A DNA stretch of 64,000 nt from Amoebidium appalachense (taxonomy: Eukaryota; Protista; Ichthyosporea): positions 7,944,710 through 8,008,709 of the forward strand of contig CAVNZM010000005.1 in the NCBI GenBank assembly GCA_963693365.1. Direction: 5' to 3'. The notes below the pieces were generated by a model, which saw only the letters and a program-made list of their open reading frames with translations, was not told the origin of the DNA and did not search any database. Both the position numbers and the translations under genes were made by a program. Positions 41,325-53,106 of the stretch are shown piece by piece; position 1 is the stretch's first letter; each line of letters opens with the position of its first letter.

Positions 41325-44300
41325 GTCTGTGGGTATGTGTGTGTGGAAGGGGGAGAGAATGGGGAGGGCACATGCAGGGCCTGGCTGACGGGCCCGGCAG
41401 GCCTCAGCGGCTGCACTGCGGCACATGTGACGAGACATACAACCTTCCGGCAGGGGGGGCCATTAAGGTACAACTTGCAGCACTTTGGGGGAGGGGGGGC
41501 TGGGTGGCGGGTGCTGAGGGGGAGGGGCAGCTGTACAAGGAGCTGACATGCCCGCTGGATGGGTTTGAGCTGGCGCTGTACACCACGGGCACACAGGGCC
41601 ACTCGTATCCCCTGTGCCCGTGCTGCTACAACTTGCCGCCCTTTGACGTCCAGATAAAAGGTTCCTGCCACCCCCACCCCAACCATCTCCCTGCCTGCCC
41701 TGCCTCGTTTCAAATGGCAACATGCTGCCAGAAAGCATTATGGGTGCATCTGCTCTCTGCTGGACTGCCATATGGCTGTTCCCTGAACTCTTGTGTGCCT
41801 GTTATGGACACACAAGAGCCAACGTGATACCCTCATGGCATCGCAACATGGGTTGGAAGTTGGTTGCTGGAAACAAACAAACGCAGGTCTGAACAAGAGG
41901 TTTGCTCAAAGTTTAAAGCGTCTTAAAACCCAGTTTGTTGCGATACGATCGTTTTTTTAGTTTGAGCTTTTCTATCTTGTAGTGTCAAGCGTGGAATTTG
42001 ATCGAATGTGATAGATAAAACAGAGCTGAGAGCCTGCACCCATTAGTGCTCCCGTGGTTTTCTTTCAACCGGTACATGTTATCACTGTTTAATGCAAACC
42101 TCGGGCTGTGAACAGGCCAGCCATGTGTTACAAGGCTATTTAGCCACCAGTTGATGGCTGAAACTCTGGATTAGATGTCTGTACGGTCCATCCAGTATTA
42201 ATCTACAAGTCCCGGAAAGTCACCCAAAGCTTGAGGGTGATTAGGTCTTAGAAAGCATATCATGAGGTGCTGGTAAGACTGTTCATCAAGCCACTCGAAA
42301 GAATGTGGTATTTGCAACTGAGAAGTGATTGCTGAGACCTGAGATGACAGCTGCACACAAGCTCACACAACTACCAGCACTGAATAAGCAAATGCCATGA
42401 TTTGGTACGATCGTGCTCTTCGACAAACTGACATTGCCGTGTAGGACTCGGATTGTTTTATTAATCTGCGACTAGGACTGACAACGATCAGTAAGCAATC
42501 TTTTGCCGAGAGCAAGGTTCTTCCGGCTGCGCGCTACCCCTTCACCATTGCTGTAAGCGACGCAAAATATGATAATATCTTAAAAATATGTGAACACACC
42601 AAACATTGAATGACGCACTCCCGTTTCTGCCAGGAGCTTTCATACTAAACATGCTGGGCCAGCGCAGCAACACAATATACGCTACGCAAAATATGGACTG
42701 AAACGTACCTCTGGCCAGGTTGAACCCAGGCTGAATTTGGCTTTCGCGTATGAATGATGTGGATATTGAAATGAACGGATATGGGAGTAACTGAAACAGA
42801 GGTACTTAGGAGACTGATGTGACACCCCGTGAGGTGGCTCTGATCTGGGCTCTTCATGATTTGCTTGTGCTTAGCAAACATTGGGCACCTCGAGCTGCCG
42901 GTGCCAACAAATAGATTCATTCTGACATATAATTCCCCTCCCCCCATTATATTAGCAACTTGAATATTTAGTTCTTCCCCCTCCCCTCCCCCCTGTCTGC
43001 TTTATTTGCCAGCAATGTATGTGGGGTTTATGATGAGAGTTGACGGTTGAAATATCAAACCGCCCAGCCTTGATGATGGACTGGATCGATGATGGGCATT
43101 TGGCCTACCTTGGTCTGAGGCGCACCCACAGTTGTTACCGAAAATCCATGCTGTGTGCCAGCGCTAGTACTGAGTAAGCCAGGACTAATCATTTGAATAC
43201 AATTATAAGCGGTTGGCGTGCCAGTCCCGTCTTGTTTTGAACAGCTACAAGATTGGCAAATATCCGCCTGGGACGTAGGCAGCATGTGCATCAACGGCAG
43301 GGCATGGATTTTTTTCTTGCACATTGCCAAGGGGCCTCTTTGCCTTTACGCAAATCAGTGCTTGAAAAACAACTTGCTAAAGAAAGTACTTTCCTGCATT
43401 GTCATCACTGCTTAAAAGGAGAGTACTTCCGACATTGCTGGCATATATGCATAGTGACACTGAAAACCAGGTCTTTGAATGTGATGTAATCTGCGGCGCG
43501 GCGCTCTTGATGCTCGACATGGACTATAAGGGCTGCCATTCAGTAGGAGCAGTGTGATATCACCTATCTCAGGAATCTGGCATGCGGGCCTTGGTGTGAA
43601 CACAGCACGACTCGTGTGTTCAACGCAAGGCTTGTGGCCCCCAACGTTCTTGGTTTTGTTTCTCTTATGCTCCTCACTGGCTACTGGAGTGGTGGGATGT
43701 GTGATATGCACCTAGGAGGACTGAGCATGCAATGTTTGGCACCCCACTGACTGGGCTGCAGCTATGGGCTGCAACCACTGCCAACACCCCACGTGCCGGC
43801 ACGGCCTTGCCCAGACGGGGGTATGCAGCTGCCCTGAGTGCCCGGGCACGCTGGTACTAGACCTGAGCAGCGGCCCCAAATGGAAGGTGAGGGTGCCCCC
43901 AGGCGCCTGGCTGGGCCATGGCAGAGGCTGACAGAGGGCTGCAGCTGGCCTGCAACACCTGCAACGTGGTGCTGCGCTGCTTCGACGGCGCCCACCGTAG
44001 GCAACCCCGTGGGGCTGGTGTGCTGGGCAGGGCTGACAGGGGGCAGGGGTTGGGCTTGGGGAGGGCATATGCGAGTGCGGGGCCATGCAGTTGCGGGTAG
44101 ACTTCAACAAGGACAAGAGCCCCCTGGCCTCGGGCACCGTGCACGAGGTGTGTTGCGCGCCCTGCAAGCCCGTACAGCCATGCAGATGCTATATTATTGG
44201 GACTATGTACTCCTTTGTCCATTAGAGGTCCGGTGGCTGTAAACAACTTGGCCCAGGCCTGTTCCATGCTTGCTGCTCGCAGATGGCTCCATACTTGCTT

Positions 44301-44917
44301 GGCCCGCCACCTATACCGCCGCACTGCTAGAAAGGCACTTTAACAAATTATTTTTTGAGGCAAATTTACATTTACTAAGTAAAATTGTATAACGTTATGC
44401 AGGAGCATAACATTATGCACGTTTCAAAAAATTAAAAATGTAATAACTTGGGGACCGTTCAACCAAAATGCACCAAGTTTTCACAGTTAGTGTGTTGTTA
44501 TACCCCTGCACACGTACACTGAGATACCAGCAAAACAGTCTGATCTGCTCAAGCGATCACGAAAAAACATGAAAAAACTTTTAAAAAACTTTAGGTCAAA
44601 ATTTTCGGTAAAATCCCTTTAGAGCGTACTTGTGTCACCAATGCAATGCGGGCACTGACTGGATGGGGTGCAGGGTTGCCCGTTCTGTGACTCGGTGCTG
44701 AGCCCTCTGGTGGAGGTTGGGTAGGTGGCTGCCAGTGGGTGGGGGTGGAAAGATAGAGGGGTGTACTGATGCGGCTAGTTGTAGCCACGCAAAGAGGATG
44801 GCCATGGCAAGGCGCGGCCGTGGAAGGGGCCGGGGCCGGGGTCGCGGCAGAGGGCAGGGCATGCGCAGCAAAGATGGAAAGCCCACGGTGCAGACCCTAC
44901 TGTCCCACACCGGATAG
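34476..44917 (+). CDS. TOP3B: DNA topoisomerase III beta (type IA), multi-exon, one apparent frameshift at about 40451
   Basis: [29 protein letters not shown] (TOPRIM), [28 protein letters not shown], catalytic [26 protein letters not shown]-terminal CxxC zinc repeats ([28 protein letters not shown]) and an RG-rich tail ending TAG at 44917. Confidence 0.96.
40507..40940. repeat. 34-bp minisatellite derived from exon end plus donor site in TOP3B
   Basis: Unit AGTTCCTGTACTCCATAGTGG(T/C)A(C/G)GCCAGGCCC(T/C), about 12 copies; the first copy is exon AGTTCCTGTACTTCATGCGCAAG|gtacgccaggcccc. Confidence 0.92.
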
Positions 44918-46475
44918 GGTGTGGCTTTGCACAAACTCCACCCATCCCACTGGCATGTGGGAGGTTGGCTGAGGCAACTTTGACCAGAATAAAGCATGGT
45001 GTCTTCTTTCACTTGGCCATTTGGCGATGGCATGAGGTGCTAGCTCTGTCATTGTGGCCTGGTTGATGCTAATCAGAGATGGCACAGGTGCTGTGCCGAG
45101 CACATCTGAGTCTCATTCGGTCGCAACAGGAGCTGTTCAGCACAAATTGATTGCCATACAGCTACTGACTTAATCGGTCAATCCATGACTAATGACACAG
45201 GAGTTCAGAGGTAAAGCCAATCGCAACATCTATGGTTCTTGGGCTGCATACCATAACACATCAGCAAAACTGCATATGTCCATGTCGAATCCCCCGTATC
45301 GATTGCTTCCAACTACATGGAAACCTGAAAACTCGGCCGGAAGTCAACTCTCGTGTATCACATTCAATATGATGAGACTTTTCATTCAGTATGGTTGGGT
45401 CAACTTGAACCTTTCAGATCAATTTTTTAAAGTGCAGTGCCTGTATGAACTAGTTAGTCCATTAACCCCACGAAGTTCAGGTTGCATTGATCTATCATTT
45501 TTTTGTTTTGTTTTGAACATTATATAAGGTCTTAATCAGCACTGCTGCCTTTAGGTGGATAGAATGTAGTGCCGGTAATATGTTTGGCTAAAAATAGAAT
45601 ACCGGGGAAAAAACACTTCTTGTCGGCCGATTTCCATTTTTTGGGTGGCTCGAAAGAGCTTGTCGAGGTCTGTCAAACGTCGCACAAACCCCAAAAGTGC
45701 CAATTTGACTTGACCCTCATTCAGCCCAACCTCTGGATTGTGTCACCAGACCAAACCCAACCCAAACGGAAATGGGTCTCTTGGGGTCCAGGGCCTCTGT
45801 GACCCTGCAGCCACCATTCATATCCGGGCAGGAGTAGTCCAACCCAACATGCCCCCCCCCCCCCCCCCCCCAACCCCCCCCCCCCAACCCCCCCGCGTCT
45901 AGGAGTCCCCCTTCCCCCCCCCCCCCCCCCCCCCCCCCACACACACACACAGGCGTGCACTCCGCACACATGCACATATATGGCTGCCTTAACCCCCTGT
46001 TGTTCCTTCGAAGCCTAAAATCGACCAGATTTAAGGCCATGAAACACAATCAATATAACCGGCTAAAGTGAACAAACAATGGAACTTGCAGCCACATTTA
46101 AGTATGTCCATATTTGTGTGCCGTACAAAAAAAAACACATGTTTATAAGCATTCGCACGCGTTTTGAGCACGTGATTTGTGCTGGTTTTGGAAACTGCGG
46201 CCGGGCTCCTTTCAAAAATGTTACGCAATATGAATTTTTATTTAGGGAGCTGTAGCTGTTTTTATGTTCTGTGGGATATGCCATATGGATATATTGATGA
46301 GTTTGAGTTATATCTAGTCCGAATGGGCGGCAGATTTGGTCTTTGTGATCTAGGGGTTTTAGCCACTTGTGAAAAATGTTCATTGGTTGATGTGCAGCAA
46401 AAATTCCATTTTGATAGATTTCATGGATTTGATAGGTTTTAAGTCATTTCTTCATATTTCCATAGGCAAAAATGT

Positions 46476-46507
46476 GGGCCGCGCTATATAATGAGCTTGC
46501 GCGACCC
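46476..46507 (+). promoter_or_regulatory. Putative TATA box of the retroelement, inside a GC-rich inverted repeat
   Basis: GGGCCGCGC-TATATAA-TGAGCTT-GCGCG(A/G)CCC near the 3' end of repeat A, about 320 bp upstream of gag; present in all A copies. Confidence 0.5.
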
Positions 46508-46808
46508 CAGGGAGGTCAGTTGCGGCGCTACTGAGCGCGTTTAGGTCTCTTTAGGCCCAATTTTTTAGCTAAGTTTTTGCAACTCTAGTCCCCGTTTTTC
46601 GCGCTGTTGTTAGTTTTTTCTCTGAACTTTTTTTGGCCCAGGAGCGCGCGCTTAGCTTCGGCAGCATCTGGTAAGAGTTTTGCGTGCGCGCCGTTGCGTT
46701 TTAGCTGGTTTTCGGACGCTTTTTGCGGTGTCGTTTTTCCCGCGTTTTTGCATTTTCCAGTCTTCGTTTTCAAGTTTTCATGCTCTAGTCTGGTTTGTGA
46801 GCATTGCA

Positions 46809-47872
46809 AAGGCCCCTCCTCCTGCTCTGGTCGCCAAGGGGGCCGCTCTCCTCGAAAAGCTTTTGGAGATCTCAACCGATGCGGACGACGCAAGTCTCAA
46901 AAGTCTGGCCGTTTTGCAGTCCAACGCCCTCCCCTGGAACAGCCTGCCAGCAGAAACCGTCAACAGTGTGGTTTCAGCCCTCAAGGCGCGCTCGGTGGCT
47001 TTTGATGACCCTGAGATGGTCGGTTGGAAAGCCACGGACCAGCTGCACTTGCTCTGTCGCACTCCTCGTAGCGGCCGTGCCTCCCCCCCACCTAAGTCGC
47101 CCTCTCCCCAGCGGCGTTCTGACGGTGTAGACGTCCAAGAGCAGCTGCAGGCGCTTTCTGCCCAAGTGCAAGCCCTCTCTGTTGCCCAGTCTGGTCGCCC
47201 CAAGAAGCCCTCTGCCGGCGGCGGCCTGCTGAGCACGCTGTCTGCGCGGGCAAAGGGCAAGGAGCCTGTCTATGCGTACGACACCGGCAGTGAAGACACC
47301 CCATCGTCGAGTGAGGATTCTGATTCCAGCAGCAGTGGCTACGGTCGTTCCTCTCGCAGCCGTCGTTCCTCTGGCCGTTCCAAACCCAACCCCAGCCGTT
47401 ATCTGCTCTCCAGCGGCGCCAAAGTCAACCTGCGCGTCAAAGAACGTCTGGCCCCTTCCTACCTCAAGAGCGCCTTGGCTGACCAGGCCTCGGTCACTGC
47501 GGCTGTCCACGCGGCGGATTGGGTCAGCTACCGCAACAAACCGGAGGCTCTGACGCTTGCCCGTATGCTGGATCTGCTGCTGGCCGCCGACCCTAAGGCC
47601 CGCAAGGAGTCACCTGCTGTGGAAGTTGGTGTGCGCCGTCTGCTGGCTGTGCAGACTGCTGATCAGTCCAACGGGGACTGGGCTGTTGCAGAGCAGTTTG
47701 AGGAGCTCCCTGCGCGCAGCCTGCCCCTGCCCCCTCCCCTGCCTTGGCCACCCGGGCTGTTCGTCAAGCCAAGACCCTCGCCGAAGTCACCCGGGCTCGG
47801 CGCGGTCCCGGCAGTGGCCCATCCGGCGCCGGTCCATCGACCCCTCCGGGGACCGGTGGGCACAGGGCCTAA
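46809..47872 (+). pseudogene. gag-like ORF1 of YR retrotransposon (start ATG>AAG, 3' frameshift)
   Basis: Copy 2 has ATG GCC CCT (MAPPPALV) where this copy has AAG (46809). Core DWVSYRNKPEALTLARMLDLLL...VRRLLAVQTAD...GDWAVAEQFEE. The likely C-terminus ...GGHRA* is read from copy 2. Confidence 0.75.
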
Positions 47873-47981
47873 ACGGCCCTTTGGGGGTTCTGCACGCGGT
47901 TCTGTATATTATTTTCTTGTGGTTTCCTGCCACGTGCCCTTGATTAAATATGCCCCCTAATTTTTCTAAGGATTCCACAGC

Positions 47982-50006
47982 TATGCCACGTCATGTCTTT
48001 GCCGCCTCTGATTTGTTTCCTGTTCCGGCCATTCCTGTGCCGGACCGTGCTGTGCTGGACAAGCCCGTCTACGGAGTCAACGCCGTCGGCAACGTCTGTC
48101 TCACCGCCTGAAGGGGGTTACCTTGGCTAACCGTTGTCTTGGTGCCCTCAACGAGCTGTGGGCAGGCGGCCCTTGCCCATTCCCGACCCGGTTGGTGAAC
48201 AGTCACCACCCTGCCTTTGGACCTTTGTCCTTAGGGCCAGCTACGATGCTCAACGCGCGGATGTCTACGACGCTCAGCCTGCGAGTAGTGTCTTGGCTGC
48301 GTTCCCCGCGGCCTACCCTGTATTGACAGGATGGCTACCTCTCACGGCGGCAAATGCCGCTTTGCCACCCCCTGGGGTTGGAGCCACAGTGGACGTGTTG
48401 CAGTTTTTGTCTCCTACACTGCAGCCGTTTTTGGCCAACTGCGACGGCGGCCTTCTCAAGCCTGTTCCGCCGACGCCTGCAGAGCTGCGCCGCATCCGAC
48501 CGGCGCATCTCGTTCCCAGTGGGGAATCGGTCCCCTGCTTCTTCGGCTTCAAGACTGCGGCATGGTGCACTATTTCGAGGCAAAGGAAAAACCACTGGCC
48601 ATCAATGGGCTGTTTGGGGTACCCAAAGACACCAGAGCCCGCGTCATTTTTGACGGCCAAGCCGTGGCAACCTGTTCTTTGCCCGTGATCATCCTGCCCT
48701 CAAGGTGCACCTGCTCAACCCTGCCGATTTTGCCGATCTGTTGCTGGGGCCTGAGGATTGCCTCTATTTTGGCAAGTCGGACATGGACAACCAGTTCCAT
48801 CGTCTTCTTGCCCCCGAGTGGCTGTGGCGGTACTTCGGATTGCCACCTGTGTCTTCGGAGGCTGTTGGCATTTCTGGGCCCGACCGGCTTGTGTACCCGG
48901 CCCTCAAGACCGTGCCCATGGGCTGGGTGCATTCTGTGCTTGTGGCTCAAGACGTCCATGGGAGGTTGGCTGACCGAGCCGGCATGCCCCGCATTGAGCG
49001 CCCCTGTGCGATAGTGCCGCGGCCTGTGGAGGCCACGCAGCATGCCCTGTATGTAGACGACTGTGGCTGGGTCGGCACAGATGCCACCGCCATCAATCGT
49101 CAGCGTGAATCGTATCAAGGCGTCACCGGCCCGGCTGGTCTTCCCTCCAATGTCAAGAAGGATGTGGCTGCTGGTTTGTCGTCCTCTATGGTGCTGCTAG
49201 GCCTGGAAATGCATCGCTCTGGGATATTGCGCCCGTCTGGCGCTTCCTTGTGCCGTCTGGTGGCGGAAACCCAAGCCGTGTTGCGTCGTGGTGTCACGCA
49301 GCTCCGTTTGCAGCAGTTGCTTGGTGGTTGGGTGTGGGCGGCACTGCTGCAACGGCCGCTTTTGTCGGTTCTGAGTGCCGTCTACAGTTTTGTGAAGCAG
49401 CTGGGGGGTCGGGAACATCCCCTTCCCCCGCCCGTGGTGTGGGACCTTCAGGCGATGTGTGCTTTGGCCCCTTTGATGCGTTGTGATTTGCGTTCTGGGT
49501 TTGCTAGCACCATGTTCTGCACTGATGCTTCCTTGTTGGGTGGTGCAGTGGTGTCCCGGGTGCTTCCAGCAACGCTTCTCCGCCAAGTGCTGCCTCACTG
49601 CAACAGGCGTGGCCACTACAGCCAGCTGTCTGGTCCTGTGCACGAGCCAAGCCCGTCCGCCCCCCCGGCACCTATCCTGGCAGCTGTTGGTGGCCGGTGG
49701 ACCACCAACATCAGTCATCGTTGGCGCCACTCCGACCACATCAACATTCTGGAGGGAGAAGCCTTGCTCCTGGGGCTTCGTCTATTAGGTCGGTCTACGG
49801 CTGCCCGGGGCTCCCGCTACCTTTGGGGCCTTGATTCAACGGCGCTGCTTGGGGCTGTTGCTAAGGGTCGTTCAGCATCCCGACGCCTTAACCGTGTATG
49901 CCGCCAATGGGCTGCCTACACGCTTGCCCTCGACATTCGTTTGTATTGTGTGTGGCTGCCATCAGCCCACAATCCTGCAGATGGTCCCTCGCGGTTTTCT
50001 GGCTGA
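47982..50006 (+). pseudogene. Reverse transcriptase + RNase H (pol), several 5' frameshifts; intact frame 48705-50006
   Basis: GLFGVPKDTRARVIFDG, KSDMDNQFHRL, VPMGWVHSVLVAQ, ALYVDD (RT catalytic); RNase H CTDAS...HINILEGEA...LDS...HNPADGPSR. Confidence 0.92.
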
Positions 50007-50913
50007 CCAGGCCATAAAGGCCCCAACCCTCAAGGCCTACCGGGATGCTGTTGTTGAGTTGCTGGATTGGTTGCCCCCTGGCACCGACACCAAGTCCCCC
50101 GCCGAACTGGACGACCTCCTGGTGGAGTATTTTGAGGAGTGTTATGCCATTTTTGATCCATCGCGTGGCCAGCGTCAGCGCTGTGTCAACACAGCTGCCG
50201 GCATCAAGCATTTCATGCCACGCCTGGGTCCACACCTGCAGGCTGTCCAACGGAGCCTGCAGGGCTGGAACCGGCTTGTTCCAGCAAAGACCACGCCCCC
50301 GCTTCCGTTTTCATTGGTCCTCGTCATTGGCCATCATTTGTATTCCAAAATTGACCCCTTGTTTGGTATTGCTGTTTTGCTCGGATTTGAGTGTTATTTT
50401 CGTGTCAGTGAGCTGCTTATGCTCACCCGTGCGGATCTTGTTTTGCCCGACGACCCCGTTCCCCACGACATGCCAGCCGGTACAGGCGGCATCCGCCTGG
50501 CCGACACCAAGACCGGTCCAAATCAGTTTGTCCCCATCACCGATCCGTCCCTGTTGGCCATCCTGTCTTTCTGGTTCCGTGGTGCCCCCTCTTCTGCGCG
50601 ACTGTTTCCTTTCTCGTATGATGTTCTGCGTGCCAAGTTCCAAGCGGCATGTGACTCCCTCGCCCTCAACAAGTATGGGTTCCATCTTCACAGTCTTCGC
50701 CATGGTGGTGCCTCGAGAGACTACGTCAGGGGTGTTTCAGTAGAGACGATTGCTCTGCGTGGTCGATGGAGATCGCATGCCTCCCTCCGCCGGTATGTAC
50801 AGGCCGGCCAGTCTCTTGTTCTTTCTATTCGCGTGCCTGTGTCGCTCCTTGCCCGGGCTGCAGCGCTGCGTCAGTCACCCACGGCATGGTTCGTTCCTTC
50901 CCATGCCAGGTAG
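49981..50913 (+). CDS. Tyrosine recombinase (phage integrase family) of the retrotransposon, intact ORF
   Basis: YFRVSEL (R), DTKTG (K), HSLRHGGA (HxxR), LRGRW...SLRRY (W, catalytic Y). ATG at 49981 overlaps the end of RNase H. Confidence 0.93.
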   Translation: MVPRGFLADQAIKAPTLKAYRDAVVELLDWLPPGTDTKSPAELDDLLVEYFEECYAIFDPSRGQRQRCVNTAAGIKHFMPRLGPHLQAVQRSLQGWNRLVPAKTTPPLPFSLVLVIGHHLYSKIDPLFGIAVLLGFECYFRVSELLMLTRADLVLPDDPVPHDMPAGTGGIRLADTKTGPNQFVPITDPSLLAILSFWFRGAPSSARLFPFSYDVLRAKFQAACDSLALNKYGFHLHSLRHGGASRDYVRGVSVETIALRGRWRSHASLRRYVQAGQSLVLSIRVPVSLLARAAALRQSPTAWFVPSHAR

Positions 50914-53106
50914 GGAGTGGTGGAGCACACCTGTGCCTGCTTGTGAGATTGATCCACAGGCACCGGCTCATGTATCCCCTTGCTGGGGCTGGTAAAGACG
51001 ACGTTGGTATAACAATATTTAGTCTGTAAACGTGTTTTCTTTGCAGGAGAATTAGATAACCCCGTTGGAGTGAAATTGTGTGTTGTGAGTGTGCTGTAAA
51101 ATTCGTAGTAGTAGCATGTTGTAGGCCTTGGTGTGTTTGATGTGTGTGCAAAGTTTCAGGCTGCTAGCATTTTTATTTAGGGAGCTGTAGCTGTTTTTAT
51201 GTTCTGTGGGATATGCCATATGGATATATTGATGAGTTTGAGTTATATCTAGTCCGAATGGGCGGCAGATTTGGTCTTTGTGATCTAGGGGTTTTAGCCA
51301 CTTGTGAAAAATGTTCATTGGTTGATGTGCAGCAAAAATTCCATTTTGGTAGATTTCATGGATTTGATAGGTTTTAAGTCATTTCTTCATATTTCCATAG
51401 GCAAAAATGTGGGCCGCGCTATATAATGAGCTTGCGCGACCCCAGGGAGGTCAGTTGCGGCGCTACTGAGCGCGTTTAGGTCTCTTTAGGCCCAATTTTT
51501 TAGCTAAGTTTTTGCCCACCCACCACACCCTTTGCCTATTTAGGCACTAGGCTACGTTTTTTGAGCATGTTTCTGTATGACATTTGTCATTCTTTTCATT
51601 GCTCCTGTGGAGCACACCTGTGCCTGCTTGTGAGATTAATCCACAGGCACCGGCTCATGTATCCCCTTGCTGGGGCTGGTAAAGACGACGTTGGCATAAG
51701 AATGTGAATCACGTAAACATTCCAGCAATCGTTTAATCGGATTGAAACACTTATTACCCGATCGATATCAGGGTTGGATATCATTCAGTCCTGGGCGTCC
51801 TCTCGTCGCTAGCTAGGAACATTGGGGGCCAGCTCAATGAAAGTATGGGCACGGCTAGGCAAAAGACCCGCGAGAAACAGAAAACATAGACAACCTCAGT
51901 GTTTTTGGTGTTAAAATTTTTGGTAGTAGAAAAATTTGTTTGCTAAATCTGTGTAAAACTCCTACCGCTGTTACTCGAACGCAACGAATGCTATATTATT
52001 TCAAAGGTCAACGATGCCCATAATTTTGGAAATGATGCAAATAGACTGCATCGGCAAACCAAAGGGGGTTAAGGTTTCAAGTTGTGCCGGTGCAAATTTT
52101 TCAAACGTTCCCCGCCCTCCGCTCCCCCCCCCTTCCCCCCACCCCCCCACCTATAGATTCTCCCCCCTCCCCCCCCCTGCCCTTCCCCCCCATGTAATAT
52201 GCATGCGCTTCCGGCTGCCGCATTCTGCCCCTTCCCAAACACTAAGATTCCCTTGCCCCGCTTCTCACCTCATTACCTCGCTACTGCAGACATATTTTGA
52301 TGGCTCTACTAGTGTCCGCTTGCATATCCGGCCGGCCAAGGCCTCATAGTCGATATCTTAAGGTGACTCGTTGCAAATTAGGGGTGCGCAACGGAGTGAG
52401 ATCGATCAAATTCCATCATTGATCCAGTCGGTCAATAGATCATGCCGGACTGTCCGAAAGTTCAATTTGCACTATAAACCCCGTTTAGATCCTGGACGAT
52501 TGACGCAACTTTGAATGATTTATAAAGTGGGGGTAAATACCTAGATTAGCTGTCCGGGAGAGTGATAGGCCTCCGAGAAGCACCCAACTTTTGCTTAGCA
52601 CATGTAAGGAATTATAGAAAGGGTAGAATAAGGTCTTACGAGGGGCTGACATTTAAACTGTATCATATGGTAATGACCCCCCATTTATCAGTAGGAATTC
52701 ATTTTCAGGGCAATTTATGCGGTCATTCTCTCTGGATCTAGCGTTGAAACTAAGACAGCCTGAAATCAAAAGCCCCGAAAACGACAATTTTAGTCGGCTC
52801 ACAGTCTGGAATTTCACCGATTCCGATTGATTGGATCCCCCGATCACATTGCCGGCAAAACATCCCGCAAGTTACCTCAAGTTGTGGGTATTGTATGGAT
52901 AGTCTATGGCAAGTGCGAGTTTGAAATTTGATCCCATGGGGGGTTCTTTACACAGTGGTTTATACGCAATTTGGACTTATGGAATCATTTGGCACTATTG
53001 TTCCCGTAGGAGCAGGTCGTTGCACGGTCTGAATTATTAATAAATGATTGTGACACGAGCCGCTCCGAGTGAGTCAGGCTCGCTGAATTTATCTAGGGAC
53101 TCCCTT

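Larger units (their letters stand above)
46234..51703 (+). mobile_element. Tyrosine-recombinase (DIRS-order, Ngaro/PAT-like) retrotransposon, near full-length copy 1
   Basis: Split direct repeats A1 (46234-46580), then gag, RT/RNaseH, YR, B1 (50920-51016), A2 (51017-51515), spacer C, B2 (51607-51703). No methyltransferase domain and no TSD. Confidence 0.93.
45993..52068. mobile_element. piggyBac-like non-autonomous element (about 600 bp) split by a retrotransposon insertion
   Basis: TTAA|CCCCCTGTTGTT at 45989-46004 and AACCAAAGGGGG|TTAA at 52057-52072: TTAA duplication and short imperfect CCC-starting TIR. AT-rich arms at 45993-46233 and 51704-52068. Confidence 0.6.

Noticed and set aside
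41900-43500. Possible decayed DNA transposon or nested gene in a TOP3B intron
   Set aside because: No TIR, TSD or convincing protein motif found.
44330-44625. AT-rich insert with AAAGG...CCTTTA ends (Kolobok-like MITE?)
   Set aside because: The terminal match is too short and the TSD is not clean.
13326-44917. Widespread non-canonical introns or a variant genetic code
   Set aside because: The junctions I checked resolve as GT-AG (one GC-AG) under the standard code.
49831-50913. Prophage or integron integrase
   Set aside because: The recombinase overlaps RT/RNase H and lies within split direct repeats, so it is part of a eukaryotic YR retrotransposon.
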